Shown: positions 25,263 to 35,908 of the stretch, piece after piece
Numbering within the stretch: the first letter of the stretch is position 1
Layout of the letters: each line of letters opens with the position of its first letter
NCBI GenBank assembly: GCA_051294375.1
Contig: CM119270.1
Coordinates: forward strand, 2,294,388 to 2,358,387
Length of the DNA stretch: 64,000 nucleotides
Direction of reading: 5' to 3'
Source: Paraspadella gotoi
Lineage: Eukaryota; Animalia; Chaetognatha
Program-made: the position numbers and the translations under genes
Notes under the pieces: generated by a model
Told to the model about the DNA's origin: nothing
Seen by the model: only the letters and a program-made list of their open reading frames with translations
Database searches by the model: none

Positions 25263-27650
25263 CCTAAGTTGTAGTTCATTCAAATAGCGATGTCGCCGGC
25301 GATTCACGCACGAGTTGCAGGTGTGGTTCTAGTTGGTTGGCGACTTCGCCATGGCGATATCGCCAGGGCTTTGGCGATGTCGCCAGTCCCCCACTGGCGA
25401 CCTCGCCAGTGATAAAAGTAGCGAATATAATGAAAACGCAGCTAACACGGGGATGAGCATCACCTTCAGGCTCCTCTCCCAACCCTAACCCTAAACCAAA
25501 CCTCCCGTTCAACTCTGTGCCTCTCCCCTAACCCTAACCCGGGCCTGGCCTCCCGTACATCTCCATGCCTCAACCCTAACCCTAACCGCCTTTGATGCAT
25601 CAACCACGGGCCCTCCCCCAACCCTAACCCTAAACCAAGCCTTCCGTTCAACTCTGTGCCTCTCCCCTAACCCTAACCCAGGCTCAGCCTCCCGTACATC
25701 TCCGTGCCTCAACCCTAACCCTAACCGCCTTCGATGCATCAACCACGGGCCCCTCCCCCAACCCTAACCCTAAACTAAGCCTCCCGTTCAACTCCATGCC
25801 TCTCCCCTAACCCTAACTCAGGCCAGCCTCCCGTACATCTCCGTGCCTCAACCCTAACCCTAACCGCCTTCGATGCATCAACCATGGGTCCTCCCGCAAC
25901 CCTAACCCTAAACCAAGCCTCCCGTTCAACTCCATGCCTCTCCTCTAACCCTAAACCAGGCCCGGCCTCCCGTACATCTCCGTACCTCAACCCTAACCCT
26001 AATTGCCTTCGATATATAACCCACGGGCCTCTCTCCCAACCCTAACCCTAAACCGGGCCCAGGCCTCCCGTACATCTCCGTACCTCAACCCTAACCCTAA
26101 TTGCCTTCGATATATAACCCACGGGCCTCTCTCCCAACCCTAACCCTAAACCGGGCCCAGGCCTCCCGTACATCTCCGTGCCTCAACCCTAACCCTAACG
26201 CGGGCCTCTTGGTCATCAACAACACCCTCCCTACCCCTATCCCTAAAATTGACATTAATAATAAGCCTAAAATAAACTTAACTTAACTCAACCCTGACCC
26301 TAACCCTAAACTACTCAACCCTAACCCTAAACTACTCAACCCTAACCCTAACTACTACCTACTCAACCCTAACCCTAAACCAACTCAACCCTAACCCTAA
26401 CCCTAATCTGAGTTTATTTTAGGCGAAATCGCCATAACTAGAACGCTAGATGTAGTTCACAGCTAAACCGCCAAATGGCGAGGCATCATGGCTAAGTCGC
26501 GATTTGGCGATTTCGCACTGAACTACATCTAGCGTTCTAGTTATGGCGATTTCGCCTAAAATAAACTCAGATTAGGGTTAGGGTTAGGTTGAGTTGTTTA
26601 GGGTTAGGGTTGAGTAGGTAGTAGTTAGGGTTAGGGTTGAGTAGTTTAGGGTTAGGGTTGAGTAGTTTAGGGTTAGGGTTAGGGTTGAGTTAAGTTAAGT
26701 TTATTTTAGGCTTATTATTAATGTCAATTTTAGGGATAGGGTAGGGAGGGTGTTGTTGATGACCAAGAGGCCCGCGTTAGGGTTAGGGTTGAGGCACGGA
26801 GATGTACGGGAGGCCTGGGCCCGGTTTAGGGTTAGGGTTGGGAGAGAGGCCCGTGGGTTATATATCGAAGGCAATTAGGGTTAGGGTTGAGGTACGGAGA
26901 TGTACGGGAGGCCTGGGCCCGGTTTAGGGTTAGGGTTGGGAGAGAGGCCCGTGGGTTATATATCGAAGGCAATTAGGGTTAGGGTTGAGGTACGGAGATG
27001 TACGGGAGGCCGGGCCTGGTTTAGGGTTAGGGGAGAGGCATGGAGTTGAACGGGAGGCTTGGTTTAGGGTTAGGGTTGCGGGAGGGACCCATGGTTGATT
27101 CATCGAAGGCGGTTAGGGTTAGGGTTGAGGCACGGAGATGTACGGGAGGCTGGGCCTGGGTTAGGGTTAGGGGAGAGGCATGGAGTTGAACGGGAGGCTT
27201 AGTTTAGGGTTAGGGTTGGGGAGGGGCCCGTGGTTGATGCATTGAAGGCGGTTAGGGTTAGGGTTGAGGCACGGAGATGTACGGGAGGCTGAGCCTGGGT
27301 TAGGGTTAGGGAGAGGCACAGAGTTGAACGGAAGGCTTGGTTTAGGGTTAGGGTTGGGGGAGGGGCCCGTGGTTGATGCATCAAAGGCGGTTAGGGTTAG
27401 GGTTGAGGCATGGAGATGTACGGGAGGCCCAGGCCCGGGTTAGGGTTAGGGGAGAGGCACAGAGTTGAACGGGAGGTTTGGTTTAGGGTTAGGGTTGGGA
27501 GAGGAGCCTGAAGGTGATGCTCATCCCGTGTTAGCTGCGCTTTTCATTATATTCGCTACTTTTATCACTGGCGAGGTCGCCAGTGGGGGACTGGCGACAT
27601 CGCCAAAGCCCTGGCGATATCGCCATGGCGAAGTCGCCAACCAACTAGAA
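25263..27650 (+). mobile_element. Palindromic (foldback) non-coding element made of spaced telomere-like (CCCTAA)2 dimers, copy 1
   Basis: Arms 25324-26459 and 26519-27653 are near-perfect inverted repeats around a 59-bp spacer, with an extra ~61-bp unpaired left extension. It interrupts the 20-bp minisatellite element. Confidence 0.85.
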
Positions 27651-27919
27651 CCAATAATTGATGCGATGATAACCAAATGATTGATGTGATAATAACCAAA
27701 TGATTGATGTGATAATAACCAAATGATTGATGTGATAATAACCAAATGGTTGATTCGATAATAGTCATTCAATGATGTGTTGATAATCATTCATTGATAC
27801 GATGATAGTCATTCTTTGATGCGAAGATAGTCAATCATTGACGCAATGAATCATTCATCATAAATAAAACTCCCTTTTATAAACAACGACAAATATAAAA
27901 GCGGACCCGAGGTAAAGAG

Positions 27920-28160
27920 GGAAAGAGAGAGAGAGAAAGAGAGGAAGAGAGAGAGAGGAAGTGAGAGAGAGAGCAAAAGACAGAGTGACAGAGAGAGAGA
28001 GAGAGGAAGGAAGTGAGAGAGAGAGAGCAAAAGACAGAGTGACAGCAAAAGAGAGAAAGAGAGAGAGAAAAAGAGAGGAAGTGAGAAAGAGAGCAAAAGA
28101 CAGAGTGTGTGTGAGAGAGAGAGAGGAAGTGAGAGAGAGAGAACAAAAGACAGAGTGACA
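27920..28160. repeat. GA-rich ~45-60-bp tandem repeat
   Basis: gaggaagtgagagagagagcaaaagacagagtg x4. Confidence 0.8.
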
Positions 28161-28551
28161 AACGGGGAGAGATACACTCATATGCAATACTGGAGTCAGA
28201 AAAAAAGTAACGGTTCATTGGCGTTTGAATTTCCATTTGAAAGTAGATTTTTTTGTTTAAACTCAGCTCTTTCTTAAGCTTGCCCCCAAGGGAGTATTTT
28301 TTTACTTCCCAAGGGGTTACCCCCTGGGGCAGGCTTTTTTTGGTCCCCGGGGGCTTAGGGGTGCACCTAATAGACACAAAATGTTTGCCCCAGGGGGCCG
28401 CCCTTGGGAGCGCCCCCTCAATGACCATTTTGCTGCTCCCACTGGAATAGTCGGAGGTTTTGGGAGATGACATATCTCAGCTGATTACCGCTTAATTATC
28501 GTAGGAAGATCCGACATTGTTTGCTCAAACTTTTTTTTTAACAGTCCAAAC

Positions 28552-28700
28552 CTCGAGATCCATCCACAGTTATCAACGCCGTGTCCTGATCTGTAGGATT
28601 GAAATTTTTGCAATTTTTTTCATCTTCCCAATTTCCACAATCGTTTATGCCGTTGCAGGCCTGAGTCTCTGGATCATAGCACTTTCTTGATGTATGTCCA
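28552..28700 (-). CDS. LDL-receptor class A domain exon (C-terminal part)
   Basis: ttttgtag acceptor and G|gtttgg donor; 149 nt, phase 2-1: GHTSRKCYDPETQACNGINDCGNWEDEKNCKNFNPTDQDTALITVDGSR (CxGxxDCxxxxDExxC). Confidence 0.85.
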
Positions 28701-29110
28701 CTACAAAATTTTATTTATATGGAATTTTTAAATGCGCATTTGGTCAAATTGAGATAAAAATAAAATTACAAAAATGAAAATACCCCGTGTCCGTTCGCGA
28801 GTGACACCAAAAAAAAAATTTACTATACTTTAGATATTTAATAAATATAATTCATACATATATCATTAGTTGGAGGGCTACTGGATGTTTTTTATATATA
28901 AGTTTCAATTTGTGTTTAATTCATTTACTATTTTATGTAAAATTTTTATCTAACACAGTAAATTAATTAATTAAGTAAATTAAATTTGTAACACTATTAA
29001 AATATATAAATTAATTGTTAACAGTTAAAGATTATCAAACACCTAGGTTTTAGCTAATAGACATCCTTTTTTTAATTACTTCCAAACTAAAGATTAACAA
29101 ATTTGCTTAC

Positions 29111-29207
29111 TCGCTCATTCGAATTTTGCAAGATCGCCATTTTTTTGGACAAAAGCATTGTTCAAAATTTTTGTCGATCGCAGATTGAGCGCAAGCAATC
29201 CTCGATC
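29111..29207 (-). CDS. Cys-rich exon (end of EGF-like segment and start of LDLa)
   Basis: caag acceptor and GA|gtaagc donor; 97 nt, phase 1-2: SRIACAQSAIDKNFEQCFCPKKWRSCKIRMS; supplies the first two LDLa cysteines in frame with 28700. Confidence 0.75.
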
Positions 29208-29283
29208 CTTGAACAAGTGACACCAAAGAATTATTTGTTATTCCTCACTCTTTTTTATTGCAATTTTATTTTAATTTCAATTT

Positions 29284-29822
29284 TTAGTTGGATCTGCTTA
29301 TGGCAGATTCGGACTCTATAATTAACTTTGTCGGTCCGTCAGTCCACCCCCGAAATCTTGTCGGTAAATTATTTTAATCATATCAGAACATCGAAATATG
29401 CAATTATGCAAAAAAACGATGTCTGTCTGTCTGTCTATCTAGGGGTATTTTCTAAAAGGACCCCCAGGTTAACGCCCTGCTCCTTCCTCCATCCCCCTAT
29501 CTCGTACACATTGCCTGATTTTCTAAAAAGACCTCCAGGTTAAAGCCCTGCTCCTTTCTTCGTCCCCCTATCTCGTACACATTGCCTGATTTTTCAAAAA
29601 GACCTCCAGGTTAATGCCCTGCTCCGTCCTCCGTCCGCCTATCTCCTACACACTGCCTGATTTTCTAAAAAGACCTCAAGGTTAAAGCCCTGCTCCTTCC
29701 TCTCCCTGCCTATCTCATACACACTGCCTGATTTTCTAAAAAGACCTCCAGGTTAACACCCTGCTCCTTCTTTCGTCTCCCTATCTCGTACACATTTTCT
29801 GATTTTCTAAAAAGACCTCCAG
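29284..29822 (+). mobile_element. 5' part of a DINE-1/Helentron-like element followed by a 71-bp tandem array (5+ copies, 29450-29822)
   Basis: tttttagttggatctgc...gcagattcggact hairpin, gtcggtccgtc and (gtct)n, then ccaggtt recurring at 29464, 29535, 29606, 29677 and 29748. Confidence 0.65.
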
Positions 29823-30537
29823 ATTCCACAGCCCGTCCGCGCCAGTTGGTGAGATACCCCACGCCCCACCTATCACAGGCAATCCCCCCGTTGCCATAAG
29901 AGAGAGAGAGAGAGAGAGAGATTTAGAAACAGAGATTGAGAGAGACAGATTTTGATTGAGAGAGTATTTTAGGAATTATACGTCCTTCATTTGAAAAACC
30001 GAGGGGGGCAAGCTCATTTTGAGCTTTTTCCTTACTCTTTATTTCACTATTGCTTTTGCTCCATCCTCCAATTTTCAAATTTCTCTCTCTCTCGCCCTCT
30101 GTTTCCCTCTCTCTCTCTCTCTGCGGAAAATATATGTTTTTTTCTATGCCTCAAGGTATCGGGCGTTCAAGACGTCGCCCGTTTAAAGAGTACGACAAGA
30201 GTCTTGGGATAATAATTGTTTTATTAGTATTTATATCATCAAAACCCCGTAGAAATTTGACTTCAACGGGCAGACGCTAACTTAATTTGATCAAGAGATA
30301 AAATAACAACTTTATAAGTCAGACTACAAGTAAATATTAACCTTAAAAGGGCAGGTTCAATCACTAAAAAATATCTGGTCATTTGAAGTTGACCGACAAA
30401 ATAGGAGAGTGACGAAGCATCTTGTTTTTCTTTTTGTTTTTCTTTTCTCTTCAAAAACTTAAACAGTTCTGTCTCGAACTTAACCTGTCTTCACCTCTGA
30501 CCACTGTCCTTTTCTCAATTCTTTGTTGGAAACTTTT

Positions 30538-30599
<62 letters not shown>

Positions 30600-31192
30600 C
30601 TTCCTCTCTTTCTCCCATATTTTGTCGCATTGATGAAGACTTGAAATAGTCAAAATATGTCCCCGTCTTATTTAGGCAAGCGATCACTCAATTTAAACTT
30701 CGAAATACACTAAACAGAGCAAATATTCAGAAAGTAAACCTTCTGACGATTCTGAAAATGTATTCACTTTCTCTTTTTTTCAAATCAGTTGCCGTTTATT
30801 CCAACTTTTTATTACTATATAAAATAAAAGAAAGCTATCGGAAGAGTCCGAACAGAGAAGCGGATTATTATGGACTATTAAAGGAATTTATTTTAGGCCA
30901 AGGGTTCAAAAGTTATGAGAGGGATTTTGAAAATTCGCTTTCCTTCATAAGAAGAAAATAATTTTCAATGATTAAACCTAAATATCTTGAATATGAAAAA
31001 CAATTTCCAAAATCCCTCTCGTAACTTTTCTCCCACTTTAATACTCTTCCCTAAACTAATTTTTTTGGAATATTTTTGTTTATTTTTTTTAAAATTCTGT
31101 ACTTGTGACTTCAGCAAATTGGATGACATCATAGTCGAGACGTCCGACGACGTCATTGCAAATCAGAATTTATCTCAGTATAATCAGTCTTT

Positions 31193-32231
31193 CACAGTAG
31201 GGAAGAGAAGATGTAAAAGAAACAAAAAAGTACCATTTCTGAAACCTATAAAATCTTAAAGTATACCCATGAGACACTTAATGTGGTAGGTCAGTAAAAT
31301 ACGAAAAAGGCAGATTTTTTTTAAATGCTAATTAAAGTTTTTGAAGTTTTTTATAAAGAATTTTATGTAGTTTAGTGAATATGCTTATAATTTGAATGTC
31401 TATATGTTTATCATTATCTACAAAGCATAAGCTTTAATTTGAGACCTCTCCCAACTTTCTATTACTTTTCGTTATTGAAATATAAATAAAATTTAGAATT
31501 TTTTTTTTCAAAAAGATTAATCAATTAATACCTTTGAACATATTATTTCTTAAAAATAAAGATATAAATATGTTCTCAAAATATAGTTCTACTTATTAGG
31601 CTTCAAAATAAGTTTTTTTTAAATTAATAATAATTTTAATATAAAAAATATTTTGAAAAATATTAATATATACTCTAATTAAGTATTAAAGTTAAAGAAA
31701 TTATGTTTATTAATATTTTTACATTTTTTTTATTAATAATATATATCAAATATTGAGTGAGCTATTATTATAATATAATTTTATAAAGAATTTTTTTTTG
31801 ATAAGTAATAAAACATATAATTATTTTTAAAAGCTGGATATGATTTTGAATTAAAGTGCTCAGCTAATATTTATCTGTTAGTTTATTTGAGATCAAGTTT
31901 TAATTAAATATCACATATTTAAAAAATAAAATAAAATTAATTATCTGTATTATTTACTTTTTATAATAATTTTATATAAATTTTTTTTTAAATTGTTTTT
32001 AGAACATATTTGTACTTTTTTTTATGAAATAATCGGTTTGAAAGAACTGAATAATTAATATTTTTTTAAAAAAAATTATGATTTTTACTTATAATTCAAT
32101 AACAGAAAATCGTAGAAAATTGGGAGNNNNNNNNNNAATTTTACTGACCTACCACCTTAAGTGTCTCATGGGTATAGGTTTCAGAGATGGCACTTTCTTT
32201 GTTTCTTTAACATCCTTTCTGGCCTACTGTG
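31193..32231. mobile_element. TIR element with ~100-bp imperfect inverted ends
   Basis: cacagtagg...tatacccatgagacacttaa-gtggtaggtcagtaaaat vs its reverse complement at 32138-32231; parts recur at 35320-35760, 38530-38810 and 40350-40430. No TSD seen. Confidence 0.65.
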
Positions 32232-32235
32232 GCCT

Positions 32236-32640
32236 GTTTACCAAATTATGCCATTTGACCAAATTATGTCAGTTGACCAAATTATGCCTGTTGACAAAAT
32301 TATGCCTGCTGACCAAACTATGACAGTTGAAAAAATTATGTCAGTTGACCAAATTATGTCAGTTGACCAAATTATGCCAGTTGACCAAATTATGAAAAAT
32401 TCCCAAATTATGCAAATTATATAAGTTGGCTACTGGTAATGATTGATAGATCAATTGATTTATAGATTGTTTTCATAAATTCATTAAGAAGTATGTTATG
32501 ATTTGTTATGTTATGATAAGTTATGATCTGTTAAGATCACAAATTGAAAGTCAGAAACAAGTACTGTGATTTATCATCCGATTAGCTTATTACCGCTTAA
32601 TTATCGTAGGCAGATCCGACGTTGTTTGCTCAAACTTGTT
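32236..32640 (+). repeat. 18-bp satellite (ttgaccaaattatgccag) plus the 3' end of the DINE-1-like family
   Basis: About 9 units, then aattatcgtaggcagatccgacgttgtttgctcaaacttg. Confidence 0.8.
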
Positions 32641-32915
32641 TTCCTTACTTTTTGATCTTTTTTACTACCACCAATTTATTTGAATTTTCTGTTTGATTAA
32701 TTCAAAAACTATTGAATTAAAATAATAAAGTTAGTTTTTATAGATATTTAATATTAAATTGTGTTTTGACGTATTGGATTAATTAAACATTTTGAAACAA
32801 AATTTATATCTGTTCATCCCCTTGTATTTTAGTGTTGGGTCTCTTGTTAACAGATTTAACTGTGACGATTTAACTCTTTGGTGTCACTAGTATAAAGATA
32901 CTAAGTAAGTATTAC

Positions 32916-32950
32916 CATCTTTTCCTTTGCAGTGACAATTTTTATGTAGC
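32916..32950 (-). CDS. 35-nt Cys-containing micro-exon (LHKNCHCKGKD)
   Basis: ttttaaacag acceptor and G|gtaata donor; phase 2-1 bridges 33490 (phase 2) and 29207 (phase 1). Confidence 0.65.
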
Positions 32951-33489
32951 CTGTTTAAAAATAGAAGATTTCCAATTATTATACGATACAGATGAAGTTT
33001 TTTATCATAAACTAATTTTGTAACTTTTTAGAAGAGCTCAATAGTCTGTGCATGGGAATCAGTGGACATTCCAGATATTATTTAAGAAAGAAAAAAAATT
33101 CTCACTCGTTTTCATTTGCTGTTGTGATTTTACAAAAATGGATTCATCGCATTTTGTTATTCCTCAACTCTCAATTCAAGGCGTGTTTTTTGTGAGAAGA
33201 AAAAAAAATGCATTATGTAAAAAACAGAGTAAAAGTCAAAAAGGTAAAAAATAACAACAATAACAAATACGTATTTACATTGGCTGAATTTTTTGGGTAT
33301 TCTAACTGACCACTAAGTGTCACAAAGTACAAAGACTTTGTCGTTGTCTTCGTTACATTCGTCGTCGTCATCGTTTCTGATCGAATCATTTGAGCTCTCA
33401 AACTATGGTTATTTTACATATAAATAAACGCATACAAAAGCTTCGAGATGAAGCATCAGACGGAAAAAATGCTACAAATTGAGAGTTAC

Positions 33490-33642
33490 TTGATGGAGAA
33501 CTCGCATAAAGCTAAGTCGATGCTGTCCCAGGAACAGGGTATCTCTCTCCTCTCTTCCCAAGAACACATTTCATAGCAGCATTCGTTAGCTAAACTTCTT
33601 CTATCTTTGTTGTCGCAAGCTCGATTTTCTACCATCATCCTT
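33490..33642 (-). CDS. Exon with Gla-domain-like / insulin A-chain-like motif
   Basis: ttttgacag acceptor; RMMVENRACDNKDRRSLANECCYEMCSWEERREIPCSWDSIDLALCEFSI; donor AA|gtaact (read-through gives K then a stop ending at 33486). Confidence 0.75.
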
Positions 33643-33767
33643 CTGTCAAAAACAAAAGCAAAAATTATTTTTTTACAAAACATCAAAGGTATAGCGTTCA
33701 AAGATAACAAAATATAAGATATCATTAAATTCCATTCATAATTATTTTACGAACGGACATCGTTTTT

Positions 33768-34188
33768 TAGTCGGATCTGCTTTCAACAGATCCCGACTCT
33801 ATAATTCACTTTGTCGGTCCGTCGGTCTTGACGGTAAATCACTTTTATCATGTTAGAACATAGAATTATGATAAATTTTGCACAAAAAAATGATGTCCGT
33901 CCGTCTGTCTGTCTGCCCGTCCGTCCATTCAAAAGTCATATTTACTAGAAGTATTTTTACTTATATTTACTCGTAATTATTTTGTTTATTAAAAATAGAA
34001 TAGATATATTAAAATGAAATTTTGTGTGTGGGAAGGAAAGTATGTGATTCAGCTAGATATAAATTTTTGATGGAAAGGTAGGAGTGGAAAAGAGTTTAAA
34101 TTAGAAAAGCAAAAGACACATTTATTTGAATTTTTTAAAATTTATCTCTCTCTATCTCTCTGATTGACTGACTGACTGACTGACTGAC

Positions 34189-34244
<56 letters not shown>

Positions 34245-35209
34245 AGACCAAATTATGCCAGTTGACCAAAATATGCCAGTTGATCAAATTCTGCAACTTG
34301 ACCAAATTATGCCAGTTGATAAAATTATTCCAGTTGACCAAATTATACCAGTTGACCAAATTATGTCAGTTGACCAAATTATACCAGTTGACTAAATTAT
34401 GTCAGTTGACCAAATTATGCAAGTTGACCATATTATGTAAGTCGACCAACTTATGTCAGTTGATCAAATTATGTCAGTTTACCAAATTATATCAGTTGAC
34501 CAAATTATATCAGTTGACCAAATTATATCAGTTGATGAAATTAAGACAGTTGACCAATTTAAGCAAGTTGACCAAATTATGCCAGTTGACCAAATTAAGC
34601 CAATTGACTAAATTATGCCAGTTGACCAAATTACATCAGTTGACAAAATTATGCAAGTTGAAAAAATTATGCAAGTTGACCAAATTAAGCCAATTGACCA
34701 AATTATGCAAGTTGACCAAATTATGCCAGTTTACCAAATTATGCCTGTTTACCAAATTAAGCCAATTGACCAAATTATGCCAGTTGACCAAATTACATCA
34801 GTTGACAAAATTACATCAGTTGACCAAATTATACAAGTTGACAAAATTATGCAAGTTGACAAAATTATGCAAGTTGACAAAATTATGCAAGTTAACAAAA
34901 TTATGCCAGCTGACCAAATTATGACAGTTGAAAAAATTATATCAGTTGACCAAATTATGCAAGTTTACCATATTATGCAAGTTGACCAAGTTGGTATGGC
35001 GTAGCTTCTGGTAATGATTGATAGATCAATTGATTTATATATTTTTTCATAGATTCATAAAGAAGTCTGTTATGATTTATTATGTTATGATTAGTCATTT
35101 GATCTCTTATGATCACAAATAGAAAGTAGGAAAAAATTATTGTGATTTATCATCGGATAAGTTTATTACTGCTTAATTATCGTAGGCAGCTCCAACATTG
35201 TTTGCTCAA
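33768..35209 (+). mobile_element. Complete DINE-1/Helentron-associated-like non-autonomous element with an 18-bp satellite array
   Basis: 5' TT-agtcggatctg...cagatcccgact hairpin, (GTCY)n at 33895, (GATT)n at 34160-34243, ~41 x 18-bp units at 34245-34990, 3' subterminal gcagctccaac + ttgtttgctcaa ending in a T run. Confidence 0.75.
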
Positions 35210-35908
35210 TTTTTTTTTGTATAATTCATCATAATTCGATGTTCTGACATAATATAAGTTATTTACTGGCAAGATTGAGGGGGTGGATCTGCTGAAAGAA
35301 GATGCGACTAAAAATCAAGATACAAATATGTTCTCAAAAAACACTTCTACTTATTAGGCTTCAAAATAAGTTTTTTTTTCAATTAATAATCATTTTAATA
35401 TAAAAAAATTAAAAAATTAAAAAAATATTTTGAAAAATATTAATATACACTCTAATCAAGTATTAAAAGTTAATGCATCATGTTTGTTAATATTTTTTTA
35501 TTAATAATATATATTAAATATTGAATTAGCTATTATATTAGTAGAATTTTGTAAATAATTTTTTTTGGATAAGTAATAAAAAATATAATTACTCTTAAAA
35601 GCTGGATATGAGTTTGAATTAAAGCACTCAGCTGATATTTATCTGTTATTTTATTTGAGATTAAGTTTTAATTAAACATTATATATATATTTTTGTTAAA
35701 ATTCATTATTTATTATTTCTTTTTTATGATAATTTTATATCAATTTTTTTTAGAAATTTGTTTTAAAGCCTAATAATAGGAGCCGACGTTGTTCTTAGAG
35801 ATGGAGGAAGATATTTTCAATGGAGATTTTCGTTCAAATCCTGGGAAAAATTCCGGTAAAAAAACGATGTAAAAACACTTGATTCCGATCCTGTTGTATC
35901 TGAAAGGG

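Noticed and set aside
25481-26410. CRISPR-like repeat-spacer pattern
   Set aside because: The spacers repeat cyclically, the repeat is a telomeric hexamer dimer, the context is eukaryotic and there are no cas genes.
26300-26700. True telomere or telomere-fusion scar
   Set aside because: No long pure array, the orientation is opposite to a fusion, and the whole unit occurs twice as an insertion.
33270-33402. Extra Thr-rich exon after the Gla-like exon
   Set aside because: Phase-compatible acceptor but weak donor, and not needed for the frame; unresolved without RNA data.
34262-35004. LTKLCQ / VDQIMP repeat proteins (also at 32161 and 54965)
   Set aside because: Frames are open only because the 18-bp unit is a multiple of 3; the arrays lie inside non-autonomous elements.
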